A DNA stretch of 64,000 nt, from NCBI GenBank assembly GCA_029012465.1, contig JAQXMD010000055.1, positions 262 to 64,261 of the forward strand. The letters run 5' to 3'. Shown here piece after piece: positions 50,642 to 58,814 of the stretch (position 1 is its first letter; the number at the start of each line of letters is the position of its first letter). The position numbers were made by a program, and so were the translations under genes. This stretch comes from Oscillospiraceae bacterium. Lineage in GTDB: Bacteria > Bacillota > Clostridia > Oscillospirales > Oscillospiraceae. The notes beneath the pieces were generated by a model. The model saw only the letters and a program-made list of their open reading frames with translations. It made no database searches and was not told the origin of the DNA.

Positions 50642-51445
50642 TTATACCGCGCCCTTCTGGCGCTTCTGGTCGCGGGCCTGCAGCAGATTCATAATCACCA
50701 TCATCAGCAGAATCACCAGGAACAGCAGAGTGAACAGTGCATAAATTTTGGGCTGCAGGGGCTTTTTCGTATAGTTGTAAATCTCCACAGGCAGGGTCAC
50801 AAATCTGGGACCGTAGACGAAGTAGGAAATAACAAAGTCGTCCAGACTCATGGTAAAGGCCATCAGAGCACCGGAGATGATTCCGGGCATGATCTCGTGA
50901 ATGACCACCTTAAAGAATGCCTGTATGGGGGTGCAGCCCAGATCCAGAGCGGCCTCCTGAAGATCGGGGTCCATCTGGGTGAGCTTTGGCATCACGGACA
51001 GAATCACATAGGGCAGATCAAAGGTCACATGGGCAATCAGCAGCGTTGCAAAGCCCATGATGCTGTTGATCTTCAAAATAACTCCTGTAAAGGCAAACAG
51101 CAGGGCCAGAGATACGCCGGTGACGATGTCCGGGTTGGTCATGGGAATGTTGGTCAGGGTCATGGCAAGAGCCTTGGGGCGGCGGTTCATTTTGTGAATG
51201 CCCACCGCGGCCATGGTGCCCAGAAGGGTGGCGATTATGGATGCCACCACTGCGATAATCACAGAATTCCGCAGCAGGGGAAGCAGAGCACCATCCTGGA
51301 ACAGCGCCGTATACTGGCTGAGGGTGAAGCCCTCCCAGGTGGCCACATCCGTACCCGTATTGAAGGAGGCAACGCCCAGAACGATCATGGGCAGGTACAG
51401 GAACAGGAAAACGATGACGGTAAAAACACGGCTGAACCTTTTCAC
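50642..51445 (-). CDS. potC: spermidine/putrescine ABC permease
   Basis: 267 aa, 6 TM helices, EAA loop (EAALDLGC). Confidence 0.9.
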   Translation of the reverse strand: MKRFSRVFTVIVFLFLYLPMIVLGVASFNTGTDVATWEGFTLSQYTALFQDGALLPLLRNSVIIAVVASIIATLLGTMAAVGIHKMNRRPKALAMTLTNIPMTNPDIVTGVSLALLFAFTGVILKINSIMGFATLLIAHVTFDLPYVILSVMPKLTQMDPDLQEAALDLGCTPIQAFFKVVIHEIMPGIISGALMAFTMSLDDFVISYFVYGPRFVTLPVEIYNYTKKPLQPKIYALFTLLFLVILLMMVIMNLLQARDQKRQKGAV

Positions 51446-52263
51446 GGGGTTATCACACCGCCTTCCTCCTCATCGTCGCTGGAGAAGTGGTTCACAATAC
51501 CCATGCAGATGAGCACCATGACCATCAGGACCAGGCTCAGGGCTGCGCCCAGATTGGGGTTGTATGCGGTCTTGAACTGGCTCTCGATCACGTCGCCGAT
51601 GAGCACCGTGCTGGTGCCGCCCAGCTTCTGAGAGATGTAGAAGGTGGATACGGCAGGGACAAAGACCATGGTGATACCGGAGATGATACCGGGCACACTC
51701 AGGGGCAGCGTCACACGGCGGAACACCTGCATGCGGTTGCAGCCAAGGTCCTGCGCGGCTTCGTCCAGCCGGGGATCGATCTTCATGAGAACCGTGTAAA
51801 GGGGCGTAATCATATAGGGCAGATAGTTATAGACCATGCCCAGAATGACCGCGCCGTTGTTCCGAATCAGAGGCAGAGGCCCAATGCCCAGATGTCCCAG
51901 CAGCTGATTGATGATGCCGGTGTCCTCCAGCAGGGATACCCATGCCAGGGTGCGGAGCAGGAAGCTCATGCACATGGGCAGCATCACCAGCATGGACAGA
52001 ATTTTCTGCCAGCTGGGGGAAACAGAGGCGATGCAATAGGCCACAGGATAGCCGATCACCAGACAGATGATGCTGGCGATGGCCGCAAGGCCCATGGACC
52101 GGAGAAAAATGGGCATATAGGTGCCGATCCGCGCAAGGTTTTCCAGCGTAAAGCCGCCGGAAATGGAATCCGTAAAGGCGTAGTATACCATGATCCCCAG
52201 AGGAATCAGGGTAAAGACCACCATCCACAGAAGATAGGGGCCTGCAAGAAGCTTATTCTTCAT
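51442..52263 (-). CDS. potB: spermidine/putrescine ABC permease
   Basis: [17 protein letters not shown]...; EAAQDLGC loop. Start at the internal ATG 52263. Confidence 0.9.
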   Translation of the reverse strand: MKNKLLAGPYLLWMVVFTLIPLGIMVYYAFTDSISGGFTLENLARIGTYMPIFLRSMGLAAIASIICLVIGYPVAYCIASVSPSWQKILSMLVMLPMCMSFLLRTLAWVSLLEDTGIINQLLGHLGIGPLPLIRNNGAVILGMVYNYLPYMITPLYTVLMKIDPRLDEAAQDLGCNRMQVFRRVTLPLSVPGIISGITMVFVPAVSTFYISQKLGGTSTVLIGDVIESQFKTAYNPNLGAALSLVLMVMVLICMGIVNHFSSDDEEEGGVITP

Positions 52264-53380
52264 CGCCTTCGTCCTCCGACGCAGTCTCCATCTCGTCGTA
52301 TTCGGCGCTGTAGGAGCTGTAATCACCGAATTTTTCGGAGTAATCACTCTTCTTCATAATGTGGATGGCATCGGGGTCAAGACTGATGCCGATCTGATCG
52401 CCGATGCTGTGGGCATCGGTGGTCTGGATCAGCCATTTGAAGCCCGCAACATCCACAAAGGTATCATAGAAGGTACCCTTGAAAATGACATTGGTGACAG
52501 TAGCGGACAGGTAGCCGTTGCCGGGGGCAACAATATCCACATCCTCGGGACGGATGACCACGTCCACAGGCTCGTTCGGGGCAAAGCCCTTGTCAAGACA
52601 CGCATAGCGGTGTCCGAAGAACTCCACCTCGTAGTCCCTCCGCATGATGCCGTCAAGGATGTTGCTCTCGCCGATGAAGTCGGCGACAAAGGCGTTTTTC
52701 GGTTCGTTGTAAATATCAACCGGGGTTCCGATCTGCTGGATGCAGCCCTTGTCCATGACGACAACGGTGTCGCTCATGGCAAGCGCTTCCTCCTGATCGT
52801 GAGTTACATAGATAAATGTGATCTCCAGCGCCTGCTGGATGCGTTTGAGCTCATTCTGCATATCTTTTCTGAGCCGCATATCAAGGGCGCCAAGGGGCTC
52901 GTCCAGAAGCAATACCTTTGGCTGATTCACCAGCGCACGGGCGATGGCAACACGCTGCTGCTGACCGCCGGAGAGCGAAGTGACCTTTCTGTTTTGAAAG
53001 CCTTTGAGACTGACGATTTCCAGCATCTCGGTGACACGGCGGTCGATCTCGTCTTCGTCCAGCTTGGACACACGAAGACCGAAGGCGATGTTGTCATACA
53101 CATCCAGATGCGGGAACAAAGCGTATTTCTGAAATACGGTGTTAATCCTGCGGCGATAGGGCGGAACATCATTAATCCGCTCGCCATCGAAAAATACGTC
53201 CCCAGACGTCGGTTTCTGGAAACCTCCAATGATGCGCAGTGTTGTGGTTTTTCCACATCCACTGGGGCCAAGCAGCGTAAGAAACTCGCTGTCGTTGATG
53301 GTCAGGTTGATGGAATTCAGAACCTGCTCCCCGTCAAAATTCATTGAGACATTCTGGAGACGAATGAGTTCTTTTGCCAT
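52253..53380 (-). CDS. potA: spermidine/putrescine ABC ATP-binding protein
   Basis: [23 protein letters not shown] and a C-terminal TOBE-like domain. Confidence 0.9.
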   Translation of the reverse strand: MAKELIRLQNVSMNFDGEQVLNSINLTINDSEFLTLLGPSGCGKTTTLRIIGGFQKPTSGDVFFDGERINDVPPYRRRINTVFQKYALFPHLDVYDNIAFGLRVSKLDEDEIDRRVTEMLEIVSLKGFQNRKVTSLSGGQQQRVAIARALVNQPKVLLLDEPLGALDMRLRKDMQNELKRIQQALEITFIYVTHDQEEALAMSDTVVVMDKGCIQQIGTPVDIYNEPKNAFVADFIGESNILDGIMRRDYEVEFFGHRYACLDKGFAPNEPVDVVIRPEDVDIVAPGNGYLSATVTNVIFKGTFYDTFVDVAGFKWLIQTTDAHSIGDQIGISLDPDAIHIMKKSDYSEKFGDYSSYSAEYDEMETASEDEGDEE

Positions 53381-53400
53381 TTATCCTCCCCCGTTCTTTT

Positions 53401-53445
53401 GAAAAAATTCCGTGCCGTCCAGCAGATTTCTGCCAAATGACACGG
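53401..53445 (-). promoter_or_regulatory. terminator-type hairpin in the potA 5' leader
   Basis: CCGUGUC...GGCACGG with inner GGCAG/CUGCU pairs, then AAUUUUUUC. It starts about 8 nt after the -10 and ends 20 nt before the potA ATG. Confidence 0.45.
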
Positions 53446-53453
53446 ATAACCTT

Positions 53454-53481
53454 ATTATAGAATAACCGGGACTAAAGTCAA
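53454..53481 (-). promoter_or_regulatory. potABCD promoter
   Basis: TTGACT-16-TATAAT on the minus strand. Confidence 0.65.
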
Positions 53482-53571
53482 GTAAAATGTGCCCCCCCAG
53501 AAAATTTTGTCGAAATGATGGAAAACGATGTGGAATAACGTGCAGATTCATGAATATGAATCACGGCAAAA

Positions 53572-53595
53572 GGGCTGCTGCAAAAGCAGCAGCCC
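53572..53595 (-). terminator. intrinsic terminator downstream of the SLH-VanY gene
   Basis: GGGCTGCTGC-TTTT-GCAGCAGCCC followed by TTTTGCC on the minus strand. Confidence 0.65.
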
Positions 53596-53700
53596 CAAAA
53601 ATCCAATCCGTCCCGCAGGGACACATCATCCGCCCCCTGGGGCGATTTCACCCAGCCGCAGGCTGAATTTCACTGGTGCTGTTGCAAAATGCAACAGCAC

Positions 53701-54900
53701 CTATGCGGCGCCCAGATACTCCTCCAGGCACAGACCGGAGGCCTGAATTTTTTCAGCGTTTTCGCGGCCCACATAGCGGTAGTGCCAGGGCTCATTTGTG
53801 ATGCCGGTGATGGAGGTCTTACCCGCGGGATACCGGTAGATAAAGCCGTATTTGCAGGCGTATTTGGCCAGCCAGTTGTAGACCGCAGAGGCGTTATAGT
53901 TGGAGGTGATATCCACTGCCAGACCCAGCTCGTGCTCACTGGTGCCGGGGTAGGCAACCTCCTTCTGGGTCTGGGCCAGAGCCTGCGCGTAGGACCAGCC
54001 GTAGCTCAGATAGAGATTGATGCGGTTGTTGTAAATGGCCTGCTGTTCTGCGTGGCTGCGGTAGGCCTGATTCAACAGGGGATAGCAGCCGTCGGCCCGC
54101 ATGGCGGCAAGCATGGCGGTGAGATCGGCATAGGCCCGCGCATCGATGTACTTTCCGTTCTCCACATATTTCAGGGAGATGGTGTCCGCATAGCCCTCGG
54201 GAATGGGGTGAGAGCTGTTGACCAGAATCATCTTCCAGTCGTCCTTGCGTTCTGTGCCCACGGTGAAGCCCTGGGCTTCCATCAAGGTGCCGAGACGGAA
54301 AATGATGGAGCTGACCTGCGCCCGGGTCGCGGTAGCCTGAGGACGGAGGGTATCGTCGCCGAAGCCGGAAATCAGTCCGGAATTGAGGCATATGGCAATG
54401 CCATCCCGGGCGTAGGAGCTGACGGTTTCAATGTCATCAAAGTCGGGAACCGGACCGTCGCCGCCCAGCTGAACCTCCATATAGGAGCAGTATCGAATCA
54501 GCATGGCGCAGATCTGCTCCCGGGTGACTGAGGCGTTGGGAGAGAACAGGGTGTCGGAGGTGCCGTAGACAATGCCGTTGTCACTGGCCCAGCGAATGGG
54601 GGCGGCATAGTAGGCGGAGGAAGGGACATCTGAAAAGCGGGTGGAGGTTGGCTGGGAATCCGGCTGGGACATGCGGTAAAGCACCGTCACGAACATCCCC
54701 CGGGTCATATTATCATTGGGAGAGAAGGTGGAATAGCTGGTGCCGCTGAAGAGACTGTGAGAATAGACGTATTCCACGGAGCTTTCATACCAGCTTCCGG
54801 GACTCACATCCTGAAAAGCTGCAAGGGCAGGCTGAATCAGAAGCGACAGGGTCAGGATCAGGGAAAGAGCACTTGTCAGAATTCGGGTTCGCAGCTTCAT
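53701..54900 (-). CDS. SLH-domain-anchored D-alanyl-D-alanine carboxypeptidase (VanY/M15)
   Basis: Signal peptide, three SLH repeats (FQDV/FSDV/FDDI...), then VanY motifs SEHELGLAVDI and PWHYRYVG. ATG at 54900 after AAGGAG. Confidence 0.85.
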   Translation of the reverse strand: MKLRTRILTSALSLILTLSLLIQPALAAFQDVSPGSWYESSVEYVYSHSLFSGTSYSTFSPNDNMTRGMFVTVLYRMSQPDSQPTSTRFSDVPSSAYYAAPIRWASDNGIVYGTSDTLFSPNASVTREQICAMLIRYCSYMEVQLGGDGPVPDFDDIETVSSYARDGIAICLNSGLISGFGDDTLRPQATATRAQVSSIIFRLGTLMEAQGFTVGTERKDDWKMILVNSSHPIPEGYADTISLKYVENGKYIDARAYADLTAMLAAMRADGCYPLLNQAYRSHAEQQAIYNNRINLYLSYGWSYAQALAQTQKEVAYPGTSEHELGLAVDITSNYNASAVYNWLAKYACKYGFIYRYPAGKTSITGITNEPWHYRYVGRENAEKIQASGLCLEEYLGAA

Positions 54901-55004
54901 GGGCAAGCTCCTTTGAGACAAACTTGGGGATGAAATCATTATATGACAGAAAAAGAGAAAAGTAAACACCGGAAACCGCGCGGGCATCCAGGAAGTATTC
55001 CAAT

Positions 55005-55042
55005 GGAAAAGGACGTGCTGCAAATATCTTTGCGGCACGTCC
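55005..55042 (-). terminator. outer copy of the duplicated terminator hairpin (carries the T-run)
   Basis: GGACGTGCCGCAAAGATATTTGCAGCACGTCC followed by TTTTCC on the minus strand. Confidence 0.6.
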
Positions 55043-55048
55043 GAGAGA

Positions 55049-55205
55049 CTGTCAAAATACTTCGTATCGAGTTGGGTGACTGAGCAGCAGGGGGAAGAGT
55101 GAAGGGGGGCAAGGCCCGCCCTTCGCGTTCAATCAATAGGATTTACGAACTTCATAAGGTCGTAAATCCGCACGCAGCGTGTCAAAATACTATTTTGACA
55201 CGCTG
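55049..55205 (-). repeat. 157-bp three-hairpin repeat element, copy A (MITE-like or 3'-UTR module)
   Basis: Reverse complement of 61429-61587, with a 72-nt perfect core (55081-55152). Termini GTCAAAATA...TATTTTGAC. Confidence 0.85.
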
Positions 55206-55207
55206 AA

Positions 55208-55239
55208 GGACGTGCTGCAAATCTCTTCGCAGCACGCCC
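55208..55239 (-). repeat. inner copy of the duplicated terminator hairpin (no T-run)
   Basis: 28/32 nt identical to 55011-55042, in direct orientation, 20 nt after the stop of 55260-57098. Confidence 0.8.
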
Positions 55240-55259
55240 GAAATTCAGATGTAAGAGAA

Positions 55260-57098
55260 TTACTTGGGAGAAACGGTCAAAGTGCCGTCAGCATTCTCAG
55301 TCACAACGCCGTTGAGAGTGCAGCCCTCACCAACGGTGAGCTTGTTGATGATGCCGGGAGCGGTAACGTTCCAGACAGCGCCGTCCTTCAGGGTGACTTC
55401 TACAGTGTTGTCGCCGTTGAAGAAGTTGCGGTTCTCAACATGCGCCAGATAGTAGTACTCCTTGATGGTGAAGTGGGTGTTCTGCTTGCCGTTCTCGTCG
55501 ATGTGACGGGTCTCGGTTGCGGAGATGGCGCCGTTGAGGGTAGCGCCTGCGCCGAGGGTAACAAACAGGGGCTTGGGCTTCTGACCATAGTAGCCGGAGC
55601 CATTGTACAGATCACCATTCAGGGTAACATCGGTGGCATTGAAGAAGGTGTCGGGCTTTGCGGGGGCCATCATGCCGCCGGGACCGCCGGGACCACCGGG
55701 GCCGCCGGGACCACCGGGACCACCAGGACCGCCGGGGCCACCAGGACCGCCGGGGCCGCCAGCCATGGGATCAAAGCTGGGAGCGGGCATCTTGGAGGTG
55801 ATCTGACCATTTTCGGAGGGCCAGCCGGGAACCTCGTTGAACTCGGTATTGAACATGGGGCCGGCATCGGTCATGGCAGCGCCAACCAGATTGTCGTCAT
55901 CGTCCATCATCTGAAGCAGAACGCCGTTGCCGGTGGTCAGCTTTGCGCCCTTTTCCACATTACAGGTAACGCCGCCGGCCTTCAGCAGGAATACAGCGTT
56001 GTTTGCATTGACCTCGGTGCCCTCGGTGTAGGTGATCTTACCGTCACCATGTGCCATGACGCCGAATTCGCAGTCCATGCGGGTGATGCGGCCCTTACCG
56101 GGAGCCTCATAAACGGTCTCGCCGGTAATGGGGGAGACAAACTTGATGGTGCCCTTGGAGGACTTGTAGACGGCTTCGCCGCCGCGGAGCACAGCGCCCA
56201 TGCAGCCAACCTTGATGTCTACGCCGGAGAACTCCTCATAGGCGTTGCCGATGATGTAGGAGCCGTAGCCGGAGCCGTACTTGGTAGCGTAGGGGTCCTT
56301 GGTGTCGGAGAAGGGAACATCCTCGCCCAGAAGGATCATGTCGGAGTCAGCCACATACAGGTGCATGTTCTGGCCTGCGTCGGTGGACAGAACGCCCCAC
56401 TGATTGGCCTTGAAGCAGGTATCCACAATGTAAGCGGTACCCCGGTCGCCCTCCAGATTGATGCCGCGGGCGTTGCCGCCGATGCCCAGAACCCAGGGGG
56501 GAGCCACCATGGTCTTCTGGTTGGCGGAGTTCACATAGCCCTCGTAGAGCCGGCCGCCGTGGATGCTGATGTTGCAGTCCTTGATCAGGCACTCGGAGCG
56601 GTCGTCATTGAACAGAGCGGGCTTTGCTACGCCGACAGAACGGATGTGGGTCTTTTCCACAGTGAGCTGGGAACCCTTGAAGCCGGCCAGAATGGAGCCG
56701 TAGCCGGAGAAGTCGCAGACGTGCTTGCCGTCGGACTTGGTATCGAAGTTCAGAACGGAGTTTTTGATGGCATACTTGCCGCCGACGCTGACCACAGCAG
56801 AGAAGTCATCGGAGGTGGAGTTGATGAGGACGCCGTCCATGCCCTCGGCGGTCACGGTGCCGCCCTGAATGGCAGCCTTGACAGAGTTTGCCTCGTCAAC
56901 GCCGTCAGCAGTGACCATAATGGCGGCGCGATAAGGCTCGATGCCGCGCTTATCAAAGCTTGCAGGCTGCTCGGTCAGAGGAGAGGTGACAATGAACTCG
57001 GCATTGTCAGGATATTCTGCGCCGGGAACATAGGCGGTCTCGACACCGTTTACCAGTACAGTGACCAGCTTACCCTCGGGAGCTGTAAAGGTTTTCAT
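55260..57098 (-). CDS. 612-aa protein of unknown function with (GGP)9 tract; beta-strand-rich, possibly beta-helix; no signal peptide
   Basis: Strong promoter and AAAGGAG RBS, ribosomal-protein-like codon usage, N-terminus MKTFTAPEGKLVTVLVNG without a hydrophobic segment. Confidence 0.8.
   Translation of the reverse strand: MKTFTAPEGKLVTVLVNGVETAYVPGAEYPDNAEFIVTSPLTEQPASFDKRGIEPYRAAIMVTADGVDEANSVKAAIQGGTVTAEGMDGVLINSTSDDFSAVVSVGGKYAIKNSVLNFDTKSDGKHVCDFSGYGSILAGFKGSQLTVEKTHIRSVGVAKPALFNDDRSECLIKDCNISIHGGRLYEGYVNSANQKTMVAPPWVLGIGGNARGINLEGDRGTAYIVDTCFKANQWGVLSTDAGQNMHLYVADSDMILLGEDVPFSDTKDPYATKYGSGYGSYIIGNAYEEFSGVDIKVGCMGAVLRGGEAVYKSSKGTIKFVSPITGETVYEAPGKGRITRMDCEFGVMAHGDGKITYTEGTEVNANNAVFLLKAGGVTCNVEKGAKLTTGNGVLLQMMDDDDNLVGAAMTDAGPMFNTEFNEVPGWPSENGQITSKMPAPSFDPMAGGPGGPGGPGGPGGPGGPGGPGGPGGPGGMMAPAKPDTFFNATDVTLNGDLYNGSGYYGQKPKPLFVTLGAGATLNGAISATETRHIDENGKQNTHFTIKEYYYLAHVENRNFFNGDNTVEVTLKDGAVWNVTAPGIINKLTVGEGCTLNGVVTENADGTLTVSPK
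55674..55760 (-). repeat. 9-bp-unit microsatellite-like tract encoding GGP x9 + GG
   Basis: GGNCCNCCN units counted codon by codon on the minus strand. Confidence 0.9.
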
Positions 57099-57169
57099 GA
57101 AGATTCTCCTTTTTGTTCAGATTCCGACAAAGCGTCGGAGAAAGCTAATTCGCCTTCTAACTACAGGAT

Positions 57170-57198
57170 AGTATACTTTCTTTTGGACGTCATTGCAA
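57170..57198 (-). promoter_or_regulatory. promoter of the (GGP)9 protein gene
   Basis: TTGCAA-17-TATACT on the minus strand. Confidence 0.65.
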
Positions 57199-57259
57199 GG
57201 ATTTTTACATGTGGATATGGTTGGTTTTTCAACGGATTGTGCTTTCTCCCCGCTGGGAG

Positions 57260-57296
57260 AAGAAAATGGCAGAGCGCCGTTTTCAGACACTCTGCC
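57260..57296 (-). terminator. intrinsic terminator after the lipoprotein gene
   Basis: GGCAGAG...CTCTGCC followed by ATTTTCTT on the minus strand. Confidence 0.6.
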
Positions 57297-57302
57297 AAAA
57301 GG

Positions 57303-57965
57303 TTATTGAACTACGCCGGTAACGTATTCCGCCACGTCCGGACTGCGGAAGGTTGTCACGGAGAAACCGCCTGCAAAGCGCAGGGTTCCGATCTCGCCAA
57401 GACTGGGATCATCCTCGTCGATCTCATCGTACTCGGAGCTGACGGGATAACCAAGCTCCGCGATCAGGGTTGTAATAGGCTTTCCGATGTAATTCATGAC
57501 ATCGTCAATGGTTGCGGTGGACGCGCCGGTGTTGATGGGGGACACCGCAGGAGAACCGGAGGGGGTTACAGGGGTATCGCCGCCGGTGCCGGAGCTTCCG
57601 CCGGAGGAGGGACGGGGAGAGGAAGGGGTGCCGGAGCCGCCGCCGCTTCCGCCGGGATTGGAGGAGGGACGGGGACCGGAGGAGGGGGTGGAATCGTTCT
57701 GGTCGATGCCGCCGGGCTGGGGAGAAGTGTTCTGACCGTTATCGGTGCCGGAAACGGAAGGGGTATCCAACTGGTCTGTGTTTTGCGGAGAATCGGGGGC
57801 TACGGGAGGCGTATCAGGCTGCGCAGAGGGATCAATTTGGGTGCCGAAGGTCTGGAGACCCTCGGGGGAGGATTCCACCAACGCGCTGTTGCTCTCACCG
57901 CAGGCACAAAGAGTCAGTGCGGCCAGGACCGCAAGGAAAAACAGGGAAAAACGTCTGATGGTCAT
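57303..57965 (-). CDS. lipoprotein with P/S/G-rich linker, unknown function
   Basis: MTIRRFSLFFLAVLAALTLCACG lipobox; ATG at 57965 after AAAGGAG. Confidence 0.7.
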   Translation of the reverse strand: MTIRRFSLFFLAVLAALTLCACGESNSALVESSPEGLQTFGTQIDPSAQPDTPPVAPDSPQNTDQLDTPSVSGTDNGQNTSPQPGGIDQNDSTPSSGPRPSSNPGGSGGGSGTPSSPRPSSGGSSGTGGDTPVTPSGSPAVSPINTGASTATIDDVMNYIGKPITTLIAELGYPVSSEYDEIDEDDPSLGEIGTLRFAGGFSVTTFRSPDVAEYVTGVVQ

Positions 57966-58096
57966 AAGGACCGCTCCTTTCTTTTTGGATGGGCTGTTGC
58001 AGCCCGCCAATTTCAGATATTATACCATAGGATACGGGGTTTGAACAGAGGGAAAACATGAATTTTTTCTTAAGACGGAGCTGCCGCAGATGGGGA

Positions 58097-58759
58097 TCAC
58101 ACCATAGCCTGAATGCCGCGAATGAATTCGGCGGTGTCGGGAGCCTTGAACAGGGCGCTGCCGGCCACGAGCACGTTGGCACCGGCTTCGGTGCAGATCC
58201 GTCCGGTGGTCAGGTTGACGCCGCCGTCCACTTCCAACTCCACACCGGGGCAGCGCAGATCGATGATCTTCCGCAGGGTGCGGAGCTTGGACATCATATC
58301 CTCCATGAATTTCTGACCGCCAAAGCCCGGCTCCACGGTCATGACGAGGATCATATCCACAAGATTCCGGTCTATGTAGGAGAACAGAGCCTCGGCCGGT
58401 GTACCGGGCTTCACGGAAATGGCGGCGCGGACGCCTTTGGAGCGGCTCATCTCCAGCGCTTTTATATTGTTTTCCTCGGTGTCTGCCTCCACATGGATGG
58501 TGACGATGTCGGCGCCGGCATCGCAGAATTCCTCCACATAGCGAATGGGCCGATCAATCATCAGATGCACGTCCAGAGGCAGATCGGTGATCCTGCGGAT
58601 GGCTGCCACCACGGGAATGCCGATGGTGATATTGGGGACGAATATGCCGTCCATCACATCAATATGTACATAGTCTGCTCCGCAGTCCTTCAAATGACGG
58701 ATGTCCCGTTCCAGATTGACAAAGTCTGCGGATAGAATTGAGGGGGCTGCTTTGGCCAT
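58097..58759 (-). CDS. rpe: ribulose-phosphate 3-epimerase
   Basis: 220 aa, PSILSADF...HIDVMDG...VMTVEPGFGGQ. Confidence 0.95.
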   Translation of the reverse strand: MAKAAPSILSADFVNLERDIRHLKDCGADYVHIDVMDGIFVPNITIGIPVVAAIRRITDLPLDVHLMIDRPIRYVEEFCDAGADIVTIHVEADTEENNIKALEMSRSKGVRAAISVKPGTPAEALFSYIDRNLVDMILVMTVEPGFGGQKFMEDMMSKLRTLRKIIDLRCPGVELEVDGGVNLTTGRICTEAGANVLVAGSALFKAPDTAEFIRGIQAMV

Positions 58760-58814
58760 GATGAATACCTCCGGATTATTGTAATAATAATATAATGTAT
58801 GCAGAATGTCGAAA

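Noticed and set aside
54939-55136. ORFs reading across the repeat elements (54939-55136 and 61534-61752; also 61569-61910).
   Set aside because: They run from the element core into unrelated flanks that differ between loci, lack an RBS, and overlap hairpins and terminators. The shared peptide stretch is just the translated repeat.
55005-55239. CRISPR-like or DGR-like interpretation of hairpin-157 bp-hairpin.
   Set aside because: There are only two repeat units per locus, the so-called spacer is itself the conserved repeated part, and no cas genes or reverse transcriptase are in the window. The four differences between the hairpin copies are not adenine-specific. The same applies to 61397-61629.
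55179-58061. 960-aa plus-strand ORF spanning three minus-strand genes.
   Set aside because: It crosses two intergenic regions with promoters and terminators for the minus-strand genes. Its translation is a G/A/V-rich mirror of the (GGP)9 protein and the lipoprotein. The same reasoning applies to 16732-18387, 22963-24294, 26059-27465, 27615-28517, 28538-30304, 36016-37620, 46010-47062, 47801-48838, 49649-50626, 51487-52359, 52361-53347, 58806-60026, 60032-61234 and 62025-63791.
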